Virus record (IMG/VR): IMGVR_UViG_3300026549_000032
Span: 154,382-218,381 of that record
DNA length: 64,000 bases
From: a virus
Taxonomy: Duplodnaviria; Caudoviricetes
Direction: 5' to 3' (one strand)
A program made the position numbers and the translations under genes. Below, one piece after another: positions 32,210-44,295 of this stretch (the first letter of the stretch is position 1; each line of letters starts with the position of its first letter). The notes below the pieces were generated by a model, which worked only from the letters and a program-made list of their open reading frames with translations, did not search any database and was not told the DNA's origin.

Positions 32210-32608
32210 ATGATATTTAGTTTTTCGGAGCAAAATCTTAAACTTGCCACTCTTCCAACAATAATAACTTTAGATGTAACTGGACCTACTAAAAATTTTT
32301 TAGATTATAGATCTAAAATTAAATGGTTTGAAGCCTGTATTGATATATTCTTATGGGAAGCTTTAGGACCAGTAATGCCAGGAATGCTTCGAGGTTATGT
32401 GTGTTGTAGAGAATTAGCAAATCTATTCCAAAAAACAAAACTCCTAGGTAGTTTCAAGGATAACTCCGCAGATCCAACAACTGTTGGTCAATATAAAGGT
32501 TTTGATGTTTGGTATCTCAGAAACGTACCGAATGGAGTCGGGTATGTTATGTATACACACGACGATATAACTAAAAAGCCTGGTTATCTTAAATTTGAAA
32601 TTAAGTAA
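32210..32608 (+). CDS. MxF family protein with capsid-like segment
   Basis: MIFSF; ITLDV..FLDYRSK..GYVCCRELANLFQK..VGQYKGFDVWY..GVGYVM. Confidence 0.5.
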   Translation: MIFSFSEQNLKLATLPTIITLDVTGPTKNFLDYRSKIKWFEACIDIFLWEALGPVMPGMLRGYVCCRELANLFQKTKLLGSFKDNSADPTTVGQYKGFDVWYLRNVPNGVGYVMYTHDDITKKPGYLKFEIK

Positions 32609-33065
32609 TAGTTTTCTGCTATTACTTTTTCTTTCCTTATTAGTGTAATGAAGAAAAAGAAAAGAATTATAACTAAGTTTAAGCTTAGATCAGTCGTATT
32701 AGATGCGAATGATAATGTAGAGAAGATTATTCGAGAATCCCCAGAATTCGGGAAAGATCAAATCTCTGTTGGCATTTATACTCTCCTCTGCAAAGATGCG
32801 CAGGAATGGGAATATCAGGAACTCCTTCGCCTAGACAGTGAGTATGACTTGACAACCTGGGATACACCTGATTTCAAAATCCTCGAGATCCAGATCAAGT
32901 ATAATGATGAACCTGATTGGGAATATTTTGAAGATCCAATCGAAGGCTACTACAATCTCTAGGCCTTACCCATGATATGGAAGAAGAAAATAAAGATTGG
33001 AAATCAAGTGCAATAGTATTTGTAATTATGATGACAATATTGTTTTTATTAGCAGCTATATTTAT

Positions 33066-33638
33066 ATGAAAGAAAAAGTAGAGCTAGTGATAAGAGCAAA
33101 CGATTACTCAACGGAAGACTTGAAGGCACTTTATATCAGAAATAGAGATGCCTTGGTCCTCGATGAGAAGGCTAGTAATAGTAAAATAGAAGATTCTATC
33201 CGAGACTGTAAAGGAGCCGTGATGATGTTAGGTCATGGTACCGAGAATGGACTCTTAGGAGTTTTAAACCTAGATACCTTTGAATCTAATCGCTTCCTGA
33301 TTTCCTCTAGACATGTCCAGTTTTTGCGAGGGAAGACCTGTGTAGGGATATGGTGTAATGCTAATGTCTTTGCTGGGAAGTATGGTCTTACTGGGTTGTT
33401 CTCTGGTATGGTCGTATCGGAGTTTGAAGAGGCTGTTATGCTATCTATTCAAGCTGATAAAGATGAAATCCTAGCCCACAATTACATCTGGTCTGGTGAC
33501 TTGTCCTATTGTTTGGCGAACTACGACCTGAAGGATGTTCCAGCAGCTATGCTAGAAAGAGATAAGTGGCATACTCCACTAACGGAATTCAATTATTCAT
33601 CTTTATATTACTTCGAGAATGGGGAAGAACTTTTGTAA
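33066..33638 (+). CDS. putative caspase/gingipain-fold cysteine peptidase
   Basis: VMMLGHG and VGIWCNA motifs give a His-Cys dyad pattern; likely start ATG 33066. Confidence 0.4.
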   Translation: MKEKVELVIRANDYSTEDLKALYIRNRDALVLDEKASNSKIEDSIRDCKGAVMMLGHGTENGLLGVLNLDTFESNRFLISSRHVQFLRGKTCVGIWCNANVFAGKYGLTGLFSGMVVSEFEEAVMLSIQADKDEILAHNYIWSGDLSYCLANYDLKDVPAAMLERDKWHTPLTEFNYSSLYYFENGEELL

Positions 33639-36600
33639 GGTGGAAGGCAAGTGGTGTAAGCTCCTGAGACGTGGAGTCTGTGGAGAAACAAAGACAGACC
33701 TGAATCAGGTTAACCGTTGTCCAAAGCTGGCTAGAATAGAGACAAGAAGATTGGCAGATCTCTTAAAGGAAGTTAGTTTTGATCCTGTCTTCTATAAGCT
33801 CTGCCACTGGTTTAACGATCAGGAAGGTAGTCGAAATGGATATGAGAGTGTTTTTAATAAACTTGTTCTCATGAGTCCGAAGAAACATAGGCTCGATGAC
33901 TTGTTTATTGAAATTCACATAGTCAAAGAAGACGATGGTAGTGAATGGCTTAACGTCAGTGGTGTTAGTGTGCTTGGAAGCGATACCACCAGCTATGGAA
34001 TTGAGTTTAATCCTTGGCGAGATTGGGTATCATCCTTCATAACCCAGAAAACTCTTGACACTCTTGATAAAGAGGACATTGTAGCAGCTTGCCTCTATGA
34101 AATGACCTTCTTTGGATTCGAGGAACAGAGAGTCCAAGACGAGAAGAACAAGATATTCAATAGTATAGAGGAATGTAAGAAAGCAGTTAAAGATGGGAAG
34201 ATTTAAATACAAGGATAAGTTTACTGAAGAAGAGATCAAGGCTGATGCCAAGAGAAAGGAAGAAGAGGATAAAAGGAAGTATGGCGATAAGATGCCGAGA
34301 CTTCTGACAGGAAAAGATTATCTGAGACTTTCCAAGGAATGGTTTAAACTTGAAACCACGGTAAACTCCTATGCCAATTCCATGGATGTCCCTGAAAAAT
34401 ATTGGGATTTTTGGTTTGCGTATGGTCATTTTGATAACGATTTTGATGGTTATTTTGCAGAGGCAGCTGGAGAACTTTCTGAACAGTATACAACTGAGAT
34501 GAGAAGTGCTGTCTTGAACTATGCTTGGCATACATATAACAAGAAGGAAGGTGAGGAGATAACTTACCCAGCACCGACCTTAGAGAAATACTTAGACGAT
34601 GTCTTTGAAAGAGAGCTTCGTGCATTCAGAGACGAAGATACCTTAGAGAAGATTATCCGAACATCTGTCGCCCTGAAAGCTGGTATCAGAGATGTTAATA
34701 ACCAGAGCTTTGATAAAGAATTCAACAATATTCTGAATTACTTCAAGCCGGGGACTGATGGTAGAGAACATTGCTATATTGGTAAGAAGAGAGTTTTTGA
34801 GTTCTTAAACGAAGCTCAATATAACTCAGAGAAGATAAACATAACTCCGAAAAACTATAAGAATTGTTGGTGGAACGGAGACGTCATGGTTTGTCATATA
34901 AGTGGTGAAGAAATTGATATATTATGAACAGCGAACAAGAACAAAAAGCAAGAGAAGTAAAGGATAAAGTAATATCCGACTTCAAAAAGATTAATGAGAT
35001 GATGGTTCATGCATTACCTTTGAAAGATGTCATCTCTATCCTGAAGACTGTTATCCAAATACTGGAAGATCAAAGTGAAGGACAGGACCACGGAAGTACT
35101 TGTCTCTTCTATTCCTATAGAGAGGAGGAAGAAAGGTTCTCTATTAGTATCAGATTTGATCAGTCTTATAAAGTCTACTACAAGGAAGACAACTATCGAG
35201 TTGGAGTAGGATATAACTGTAAGTATGAAGATACTAAACCTCTTGACGAAACAGCAGGTATAGTTTTAAGATATATTCTAAGAGTTCTTATTGAAGACTT
35301 GTTAGAGAATTGTAATTCAACAAGCTCTTTACTAACTTATATAATAGATCACAAAGATGAATAAGAAAGCGTTATTAGAATTACTCAGTTTTCCGTCAGA
35401 GAAAGTATTGCCAGGGACTGATGTAGAGAAGCTGAAAGTTTATGAGAAAGATCTTAATAAGATTCTTGATCAGTTAGCAAGCTATAAAGAGAAGATCAGA
35501 GAACAACTCAGAGAGAAAGAGGTTGAGCCCAGATTAAAAGAAGTGGCTCAAATAATCTTCGACGCTTATCCAGAAGTTGAATTTATCGCCATCTTAGAGA
35601 GATATTGTTCGGACGATGATTCTGGTAACTGTTATTACTGCACAGAAACGACGAATAACGTATTTCCAGATATTAATGAAGATGATGATCCTTCTAGATG
35701 GACGAAAAAGGTGGAATCAGCGTATGAAGAACTGTGTAATCTCTTCACAGAGTTGTATCCAGATCTAAACTTTGATGATGAAGATAATGCAGCATTCTGT
35801 AGGCCAAAAGCTTACTACGGAATAGATAAAGAGTTTGATGCTGCCAGATGGGAAGAGGAGTAAATTCTTCTCTTCTTTTTCCTTACCTATGTGAATATAT
35901 TTGGAATGAAGACTAGAAAATGTAAGGATTGTCCCTTCGCACAAGCAATTGAAGGAATTAAGGATAAAGTTAAGTGTACCCTTCATATTGATAAAAAGTG
36001 GTACAATGAAAAAGAGCTTGATCATAAGTGTGACTTCTCAGAGGAAACCGTTAAGCTCCTGAGTGGTCAGAAACCTAGCCAACATAGGTTGTTTGTTCTT
36101 GTGAACGATAAGTTCAAAGGCAATATGACTGAAACTCTCAAGTGGGCTGGTAGAGCCATAGTCCAATATTATAGAGACATCATGGAGCTTTATGCCGATT
36201 ATGCTTTCTCTAGTACAGATGATGAGTTCCAAGACTACTTTGGGGAAGCTTGGGCTGGTCCAGCAGAGTTTGTATATCTTTGGTATCCAGAGGAAGACTT
36301 TAAGGGTTGGTCTAGGTGTCACTGGAATTTTAGGAACAATGGTCTTAAGTATATTACCGCTAGTAATGCTGAGGATGAAAATAATCAGATTATGTCCGTC
36401 GCTATCTGGGAAGATGACATCTATGATAAGAACAACTATGATTACTGTGACTATGACTGGGGTATTGAATATGCCCTGAAGATATTGGAGAAAGAATTAA
36501 AGAGGATTACATAAATAATGGACTAATGGTGTATAGCATTGACCCAATAGTATTAAGCAAAGGCTCAGAGATACTCATGTATCTTACAACTAGGATAGTA

Positions 36601-36780
36601 CGGGACTTAGAGCAACAGAAGATTAGCGCAGTCCAAACTACTTATAACGGAAGTGGATCTTCGGATATTTCTATTATCCCTATTAGAGGAGGACTGAGAA
36701 CATTTCACTTCTACGATGGAAAAGACAAAGAGAATAAGGATGAACTCGAAAGCTTGAGGAAATTCTTAGGTTGGAAATGA

Positions 36781-36948
36781 ATGGTCTGGAATTTCACTAA
36801 ACAGCTAAAAGCTATTCGTTCTAGGACAGGAGCAGGAATGGCTAACATTAAACGAGCTTTTTTCAAGAATAGATGTAATGTAGATAGAGCCGTAACAGAT
36901 ATTAATGGATTTCCGGATAGTGGATATGTAATCTTAAGTACGAAATGA
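36781..36948 (+). CDS. 55-aa MxW micro-ORF resembling the EF-Ts N-terminal (UBA-like) domain
   Basis: Manually translated MVWNFTKQLKAIRSRTGAGMANIKRAFFKNRCNVDRAV; EF-Ts consensus VKxLRxxTGAGMMDCKKAL..GDxxKA. Confidence 0.6.
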   Translation: MVWNFTKQLKAIRSRTGAGMANIKRAFFKNRCNVDRAVTDINGFPDSGYVILSTK

Positions 36949-38560
36949 CTAGGAAAGAAGAGATAGAGAAACAGATTGCAGAAAATGCAGAAGCCTTTAA
37001 ACGTGGTGATATGACCTATGAGGAACTTCACAGTGAGCAATACCTCCTGTTTAAAGAGCTGAGGGAGATAGAAGGAGAATGATATCTCCTTTTTCCTTAT
37101 CTGTGGAATAAAACAATAATAAGATATGAAAGCAGCAAATTACGGTATTAGTAACAAATTTCCTTGTGCTGTATTTATTTATCAGGTAGAATCACCTGAC
37201 GGAGGAAATGACAGAACTAGGGCAATAGCTAGAACTTGGGAAGAACTTAGTTATTATGTGGTTCAAGCTCTCCTCGATGAGCAAGATAGCTATTATATCA
37301 AGCTTGGAGACGAGAAGATTGACTTAACTGATGAAGAGCTCTTTAAGAAGATTGATCAGAAGTGGCCACAGACTACTAGATATCAGGCTATGGTCTACCT
37401 CTTAGAGAGATCCATCCGAGAGGGTACTGAGGAAGATATAGAGAACGCCTTGAAGGATTTCAACAAAACTTACCCAGATCTTAAGTTCAAATGGATAAAG
37501 AGATAAAAGTAATTGATAACCTATTCAATGTTATCCTACAACTAGGCTCGGAGAAGGCTAGGACCGTATGGAATAACTGGGAAGGAAGACGAGCCGTCCT
37601 ACAATACATGATGATGCTCCTTGGGAGATCTGATTATTACCCAATTTTCCATCCACAAGATAGGCCCACCATCAATTGGACCTTAATTATAGGTGAAGAG
37701 AATAATCCACCCGAGTGTGCTAGTAGTGGAAAGATGCGAATCCGATTCGAACTTGCTGATGAGATCGCTGGTATCCTGTGGACTAGGAATGAAGAGGTTA
37801 GTTGCAAAAAGTCCGTTCGACGTCTTGACTCCTTGAAAGAGCTCATTGACGGTGATTGGGTTTGGGTATTAGAGCGCAAACTGCCTATCGATGCTTTGGA
37901 TTGGGGTATAGTAGAAGTTAGTAATGTTAAGACAGCTAACGGAATAACTACATTCTATGCAGCGGGTTACGGACAGGCTCGTGGAATTTCGAGTAACCTA
38001 GTTGCATCCATAGGTCAGAACACTAAAGCATTCCTAACTAAGACGGCTATCTTAGATGAGCTTCGAAGATTAAAACTAGATATAGCAAATACTACAAAAC
38101 GCATAGAAGATTATAAACTAATTAAATAATAAATCTACCACTCCAAGGTAGGTTTTTATTTGCCTTACTATAGTATGGATGATATATTTCAATTTTTAAA
38201 ACAACAATTTACAAAAGAAAACTCTACGATATTAAACGTAGCTAGTAAGATTATAAGAGAAGAATCTTCTCCGTCCGAACAAGAGGTTTTCGTCAATGCT
38301 TTCAGAAAAGTAATAGAGCACTATGAAAGTTCTGATAGAACATATACTCAAGCTTATAATGAGTATAGGAAAATATGGACTGCTCAACTTTGGAAAGACA
38401 TTGATAGCCTACCTTTTGTGGTACAGACCCATCTCCGTAACTTAAACAATGCTCTTTGGTCAGAGGGAGCTAAGAAGATGGTTTGGAGAGATAAACTGGA
38501 GAAGTATAAGAAATCTGGTGGTGTTAAATTTAAGAATCAGCTTAGGAGGGCTGGATTGAT

Positions 38561-39100
38561 ATGATTCACATAAAAAGTAAGACCGACGTTATCACAAATT
38601 CATCCTCAGAGGTGTTCATCATGAAACGTCTCCCTGGAGATACTAGAACGTGGGAAGAGATTATCAAAGTCATTAAGGCTCACCATGATGCCCACATGTC
38701 TGAATGGATCCCCGAGACTAAGTCGGATATTCAACATCCCGATGAGGAGAATAGATATGACTGTTACTCAGGGGATGTTCAGGATATTGAGACTGAGACC
38801 TACGACCAGATGTTTGAGGAATCGAAGAAACGAATTCCTAAGCTTCGTCGTGGAGAATACACCAAGAAGATGTTTAACATAAGTCAAGGTTGGCTCGATG
38901 CCATTGAGGATGAGGATATTCTATTGATCAGATTAGATCAGGGATTCAGCTCTACCATATACTACATCCTCAAGAACTTCTTTGTGTTTGAAACTTGGAT
39001 GTGTGGTTGGGTTCATGATGAGAATGGAAGATATACTCACAAGAACTATGAAAAGTTTGAAGAGCAATATAAGGAAGAACATGACGATGAAGAATGGTAA
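38561..39100 (+). CDS. TNSS-leader family protein 3
   Basis: MIHIKSKTDVITNSSSEVF. Confidence 0.65.
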   Translation: MIHIKSKTDVITNSSSEVFIMKRLPGDTRTWEEIIKVIKAHHDAHMSEWIPETKSDIQHPDEENRYDCYSGDVQDIETETYDQMFEESKKRIPKLRRGEYTKKMFNISQGWLDAIEDEDILLIRLDQGFSSTIYYILKNFFVFETWMCGWVHDENGRYTHKNYEKFEEQYKEEHDDEEW

Positions 39101-39425
39101 ACTAGTTAAGAGTAAAACAGATGTCATCACTAACTCAAGTACTGAAGTATTTGTTCTGGCCAGAAATAAAGGTGATAATAGAACTTGGGAAGAGATTCTT
39201 GAGGCTATAAAACAACATCACAGCTTGCACATGGTTGACTATAGCCGGAACTATAAGAACCCAGACAAACATGGCTTCGTAGATGAATATTCCGGTGATT
39301 GTCAAGAGATAGAAGTTAAGAAGAAAAGCTCGGTCTTCTTAGAGCTTTGGTTCGATCGAGGATTCTGCTCACTTCATGAATATCTTGTCGAGAACTTTAA
39401 AGAAATTAATTCGTATAACCTATGA
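39087..39425 (+). CDS. TNSS-leader family protein 4
   Basis: LVKSKTDVITNSSTEVF; start at ATG 39081 or 39087; tandem paralog of 38561 (RTWEEI..IK.HH, YSGD). Confidence 0.6.
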   Translation: MKNGKLVKSKTDVITNSSTEVFVLARNKGDNRTWEEILEAIKQHHSLHMVDYSRNYKNPDKHGFVDEYSGDCQEIEVKKKSSVFLELWFDRGFCSLHEYLVENFKEINSYNL

Positions 39426-40132
39426 GCAAGCCTAAATCCTCTCGAGTAGTATGTCCTGCTTGTGGGAGGATGAAAATGGTATTCGAAACGGAAAAGAAAG
39501 CTCAGAATTTCATGAAGTTCAATAATCAGAACTTCGACAATACTGAAGTTGTTCCTGTCCGTGCTTATTACTGTGCCGCCTGTGGTGGATGGCATGTAAC
39601 TAAAAGGAAGACTTGGAATAAGTATAAAGAAGATCCAGCCGAAAAATTAGTCAGAGCATACAAGAATGCCACTGAGAAGAAACCTAAACGACCCAAGGAA
39701 GTACGGAATAAGGAAGAAGAGAAAGATAAAACTCTCCTTTATGATGCTGCCTATAAGCTGGTTTGTGACTTAAGGTACAAGTATGCTCATAGTCGTTCAC
39801 TCTTGGACTTGGAGGAGCTTAGGAAGGCTAAACAGGCTGTCGAAGAGCTAGAGAAACACCCTGATAAGACACGCTATCGTAAGAAAACGAACCAACTGGA
39901 GAATGCCCTAGAGACTCTCTGGTACAATATGACAAGTCTATACCTAAGTGAGGCTGGAAAAGCTTTACTGAAGGATAATAGTCAGGAAGACCTTTTAGGA
40001 ATTAAGACAGAGCTACTCGATTGGGTTGGACTAGTACCCGTTGAGACTATTATTCGAAGCACTATATACAGTGACTTGGACAAAGAAGTTCAGAACCTAG
40101 TGAAGAGAATAGATGATAAGATCAATAACTGA
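39422..40132 (+). CDS. zinc-finger protein
   Basis: CPACG and YYCAACGGWH. Confidence 0.5.
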   Translation: MSKPKSSRVVCPACGRMKMVFETEKKAQNFMKFNNQNFDNTEVVPVRAYYCAACGGWHVTKRKTWNKYKEDPAEKLVRAYKNATEKKPKRPKEVRNKEEEKDKTLLYDAAYKLVCDLRYKYAHSRSLLDLEELRKAKQAVEELEKHPDKTRYRKKTNQLENALETLWYNMTSLYLSEAGKALLKDNSQEDLLGIKTELLDWVGLVPVETIIRSTIYSDLDKEVQNLVKRIDDKINN

Positions 40133-40487
40133 TATCATAACTAACTCTAGCACAGAGGTTTATATAATACAAGCCCCAACCGGAGTAGACTTCAAATGGA
40201 TGACAGATCTTGAAGAGAAGATTAATAGCCTACTTAAAACTGATAGGCCAAACTCCTGGGAAGGTATTGACTCTATAGATGTCCTCCTGGACAAAGATGG
40301 ACACGCTAGAGTTACTCTAGATGAACATACTAAGAGGGCGCAGGAATATCTCCTACGGGAGCAAAAGGTGCTTGATATATGGCCCGACAGTAATGGGCTC
40401 TTAGAGGACAAATACAACCTAAACAAAGAAGGTAAACCACTCAGTATAAAAGAAGAGTGGATAGAAGAAGAATATGGAGAAGGATAA
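40113..40487 (+). CDS. TNSS-leader family protein 5
   Basis: MIRSITDIITNSSTEVY. Confidence 0.6.
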   Translation: MIRSITDIITNSSTEVYIIQAPTGVDFKWMTDLEEKINSLLKTDRPNSWEGIDSIDVLLDKDGHARVTLDEHTKRAQEYLLREQKVLDIWPDSNGLLEDKYNLNKEGKPLSIKEEWIEEEYGEG

Positions 40488-40539
40488 TCTTCTCCTTTCT
40501 TTTCCTTACCCATGAAAGTATGATAACAATTAATTTGCT

Positions 40540-41016
40540 ATGAACAGAAAAGTTGTGTATAATGCTTGCTATGGGGGATTTGGACTTTCCCCATTAGCGA
40601 TTAAGCGATATTATCTTGCCAAACATCCTGGAGCTAGACTCTTCTTCTATAAAACAGAGTACCTTGATGGAGGGCAGAAAGCTACTAGGATACCAGGGGA
40701 TGATAAGTCGCTTAAAGGATTAAGCTCTCATCGGACGGAAATTAGGACGAAGGATTTCGGTGAGGAATTCTACGTTGAGAGTATCGGTAGTAGTGATGAG
40801 AGTGGATTCTGGTCTAACAAATACTATGTCTCCGCCTATGATATAGAACGAGATGATCCAGATCTGGTTCGCATTGTAGAGGAGCTTGGTGATGACGCCA
40901 GCGGTGATTGTGCCGAGCTTGCAGTTGCAGACATAGGTGAGGAGAAATACAGAATCGAAGAGTACGATGGTTGGGAGTCAGTTATTACTCCTTCAACTGA
41001 GTATGAGTGGAAATAA
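40540..41016 (+). CDS. conserved hypothetical phage protein
   Basis: YNACYGGFGLS...RDDPDLVRIVEELG...IEEYDG motif set recalled from many phages. Confidence 0.55.
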   Translation: MNRKVVYNACYGGFGLSPLAIKRYYLAKHPGARLFFYKTEYLDGGQKATRIPGDDKSLKGLSSHRTEIRTKDFGEEFYVESIGSSDESGFWSNKYYVSAYDIERDDPDLVRIVEELGDDASGDCAELAVADIGEEKYRIEEYDGWESVITPSTEYEWK

Positions 41017-43184
41017 GGGCTTAATTGCCTTTATTTTTTCCTTATATATGAAATATAAAAAATTAATTAATATGAAAACTATCGAAACAATAAAACAAAT
41101 GATAGCTGATGGACAGATATCACTAGAGGTTGCAGAGAAATATTTTCCAGAGCTTAGAGAATCAGAAGATGAGAGGATAAGAAAAGAGCTTGTTGATTTT
41201 ATCTATGATAAAACAGATACTTATGAACTCAAAGAAAAATCTAATTCTTGGCTTGCTTGGATTGAAAAGCAAGGTAAACCTACTTATAATAAAGGATTGT
41301 CAGAATTGCTCCATAAAGTAATCTGTAGATATATTAATGACCCAGATATTCCATATTCTGAGAGAGAAATAGTTTCAATAAAAGTACTTCCTTACGTTGA
41401 ATTGCTTGAAAAGCAAGGAAAGCAAGAAGCTCTTTGTGACAAATGTAGAAAAGAGCATCCGTCCCATTCTTGTCAAGATATAACAGAATTGGGAAGATGC
41501 GCTGTTGAACATGAACAGGAGTCTACTGGTAAGGTTAAACCAAAGTTTAATATTGGCGATACTATTGTAGAAAAAGACCTTGATGAATGTGGTTACGGAA
41601 CTATTAAGGATATTAAAGATGGACAATATATTTTTACTGACGGTTCTGCTATGAACATTAATGAACAAGGTGGCTGGCAACTTGTTAAAACTTCTACAAA
41701 ACATTAAAAAAATATGGAAGTAATAGTAGTTACGAGAACATATAATAATTACGAGGACTCTTATACAAAAACGCTGGGTGTAGTAACCTCTGACAATCAA
41801 GCTAATGAACTTATCGAGAAAGATAAGCATAAAGATGATGCATTAGGTATGACAGTTACTGAATATAATAATCAACTTTATGCTATTAATGAGCGTTTTA
41901 ACAAATTAGCTATTAATGAAGAGTCATGTCCTAAGAAAGCTGGATGGCTATATCGTTATGACTATAATCAATTAACCAAACAGCAAAAAATCGCATATGA
42001 CATTATTAAAGCTGGTTGGGAAGAATTAGGAAAACCTGCATTTAGATATTTTAAAGAAGAATTTACATATAATAGTGATTATCGATATTATATGCAAATT
42101 TTGTTGGGATTTAGAAGAAATACTATAGAAGAAGTAAAAAATATGAGTCGTGCTTTTCATAATTGTGAAGATCCCGATCATATAACTTATAGGAAAGAAA
42201 AATTTATAGTAGATGTAGATAAGATAGATCTCAAATTCATCAAAGACAGAGTACAACCACAATCACGGCCTGCTTGGGGTGAAGAGGATGAGAAATTATT
42301 TAATAGAATTTGTGACCTAATTCATGAGGCAGCCTACGAAAATTGTGAGACTAATGAAGATGGTAAAGAATTAGGCGAATATGCAAAAATGATGCGTTTG
42401 CTCAAATTCCTCAAAGACTGTATACAACCAAAACAAGAGTGGAGCGAAGAAGATGAGTGGAAATTTTCCGACATCTTGGCCTTGTTAAGAGGAGGGGAAA
42501 ACTGTCACTATAATACTCCTGAACTATTTGATTGGCTCAAATCCCTTAAAGAATTACTTAAACAAAGTTGTATAACCACAGTAAGAGTTAAGAGACAATA
42601 TGGAAGAAATGATATATAATAAAGTATTAGATGGTGAATCATTGGTCAAGGAATTATTGAAAGAACATGGTTCAGTTACAGATGACAAAGGAAACTCGTA
42701 TTGGTGGGACACTATTGATAGAACCAAAAGGTATCAAGTCAGAAAATATGAATACCAGAGGGCTCTACAAGATTATCCCGTCATTTCTTATAAAATAAAA
42801 GAATTATGAGCACTGATATATGTACATCGTTAGAGCAGTCAAAGAAACTGCTTAGTCTTGGTCTTGACCCAAGCACGGCTGATATGTGGTGGAGCAGATG
42901 CACTATTACCGATTTTGGAGATAATAATCTAAAAGTATCTTACGCTGTAACACCTTGTAATATTAGTCAATTTAAAAATACTGATAAGGATATTCCTTGT
43001 TGGTCTCTTACAGCCCTTTTGGAGTTGATGCCTATAGGTTCACATATTGAGAAGAAAAACAGCGGCTACGCTTGTTACGTAGTATATACCAAACCGCTTG
43101 AGGCTAGTACTCCCATCGAAGCAGCATTTGAGATGATATGCTGGCTAATAAAACAAGGACATATTAAAGTAAAAAAGTAAGACT

Positions 43185-43664
43185 ATGACACAAGAAGATA
43201 GAAAATTACTTTTAACAGACCTTTGTGTAAGGTCGCCTTATGGAGTAATATGCCAGTTTATTTGGACCTATAGTGATGAAACTACAGGTGGAAAAAGTGT
43301 AACTGCTAAAGAAGATGATAATATAAGATGTATTGACATCCATACTAAGGAGATTCAGGCTGATTACTATGGGGAATGGGTTGATTTAGAACATTGTAAG
43401 CCATATCTTCGTCCAATGTCAAGTATGACTGAGGAAGAAGCAGTTGAAATAGATTCAATGGGATTTGCTTATTGGACAACTATGATTAATAATGATTTAA
43501 GATCAAGAGGTCCAATGTCATTATTAGATGCTATAATTACACATCATAAGATGGTTAAATTGATTGATTGGCTCAACGCTCATCACTTTGACTATCGAGG
43601 ATTAATTGAAAAGGGTCTTGCTCTTGAAGCACCAGAAGGAATGTACAAAATAAAGGAGAAATAA
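43185..43664 (+). CDS. KPYLRPMSSMT/HHFDYRGLIEKGLALEAP family, copy 3
   Basis: Near-identical C-terminus to 17893. Confidence 0.65.
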   Translation: MTQEDRKLLLTDLCVRSPYGVICQFIWTYSDETTGGKSVTAKEDDNIRCIDIHTKEIQADYYGEWVDLEHCKPYLRPMSSMTEEEAVEIDSMGFAYWTTMINNDLRSRGPMSLLDAIITHHKMVKLIDWLNAHHFDYRGLIEKGLALEAPEGMYKIKEK

Positions 43665-43834
43665 AATATGGCACATTGTAATTTAAAAATGGATGATAAT
43701 TGTTATGGTTGTCCCTATTATGGCTCAGGTGATATTGATGGTTGTAAATTAACAATCAAATTTCATAAGGAATTTCCAAACGGTGATGACAAACAATACG
43801 AGCAGTATATGCTTTCTAATGGAAGAATTAAAAT

Positions 43835-44295
43835 ATGACACAGTACATATCTAAAGACGATGCTGCAGCGGAGATAAAGAAGAGAAAGAGAGAAGCAGAA
43901 TCAAATTGTGGTGGGTATAAAAGTTATGAGGAACATCGCTGTAATGCTTGTATAGTCGACTTCTATGAAGAATTTTTAGAAATCCTTGATACTCTTGAAG
44001 TGAAAGAGATCAAGTTGCCAAATCCTCGTTTTCCACACCTGAATAACATTGTCGACAAAGTTTTGGTACAGGCAATTTGGAATCATTGGAATATGAGGAG
44101 GCAGAACAACTTGTATTGCTTGCAAAGGAAGAATTATTGAAAGACCTCGAAGTGAAAGAGGTGGACTTGGAGAAAGAACTTGACTCTATGATTACTCCAG
44201 AACTTAAATTCCATAAAGCCTTGCCTTCGTTATTTGATGTTGCCAAGCATTTCTTTGAACTTGGGCTTAAAGCGCAAAAAGGAGACAATGAATAG
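43835..44295 (+). pseudogene. frameshifted gene (two ORFs joined at the T-run 44061-44064)
   Basis: One extra T gives ...IVDKVFGTGNLESLEYEE..., fusing 43835..44140 with 44077..44295. Confidence 0.4.
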
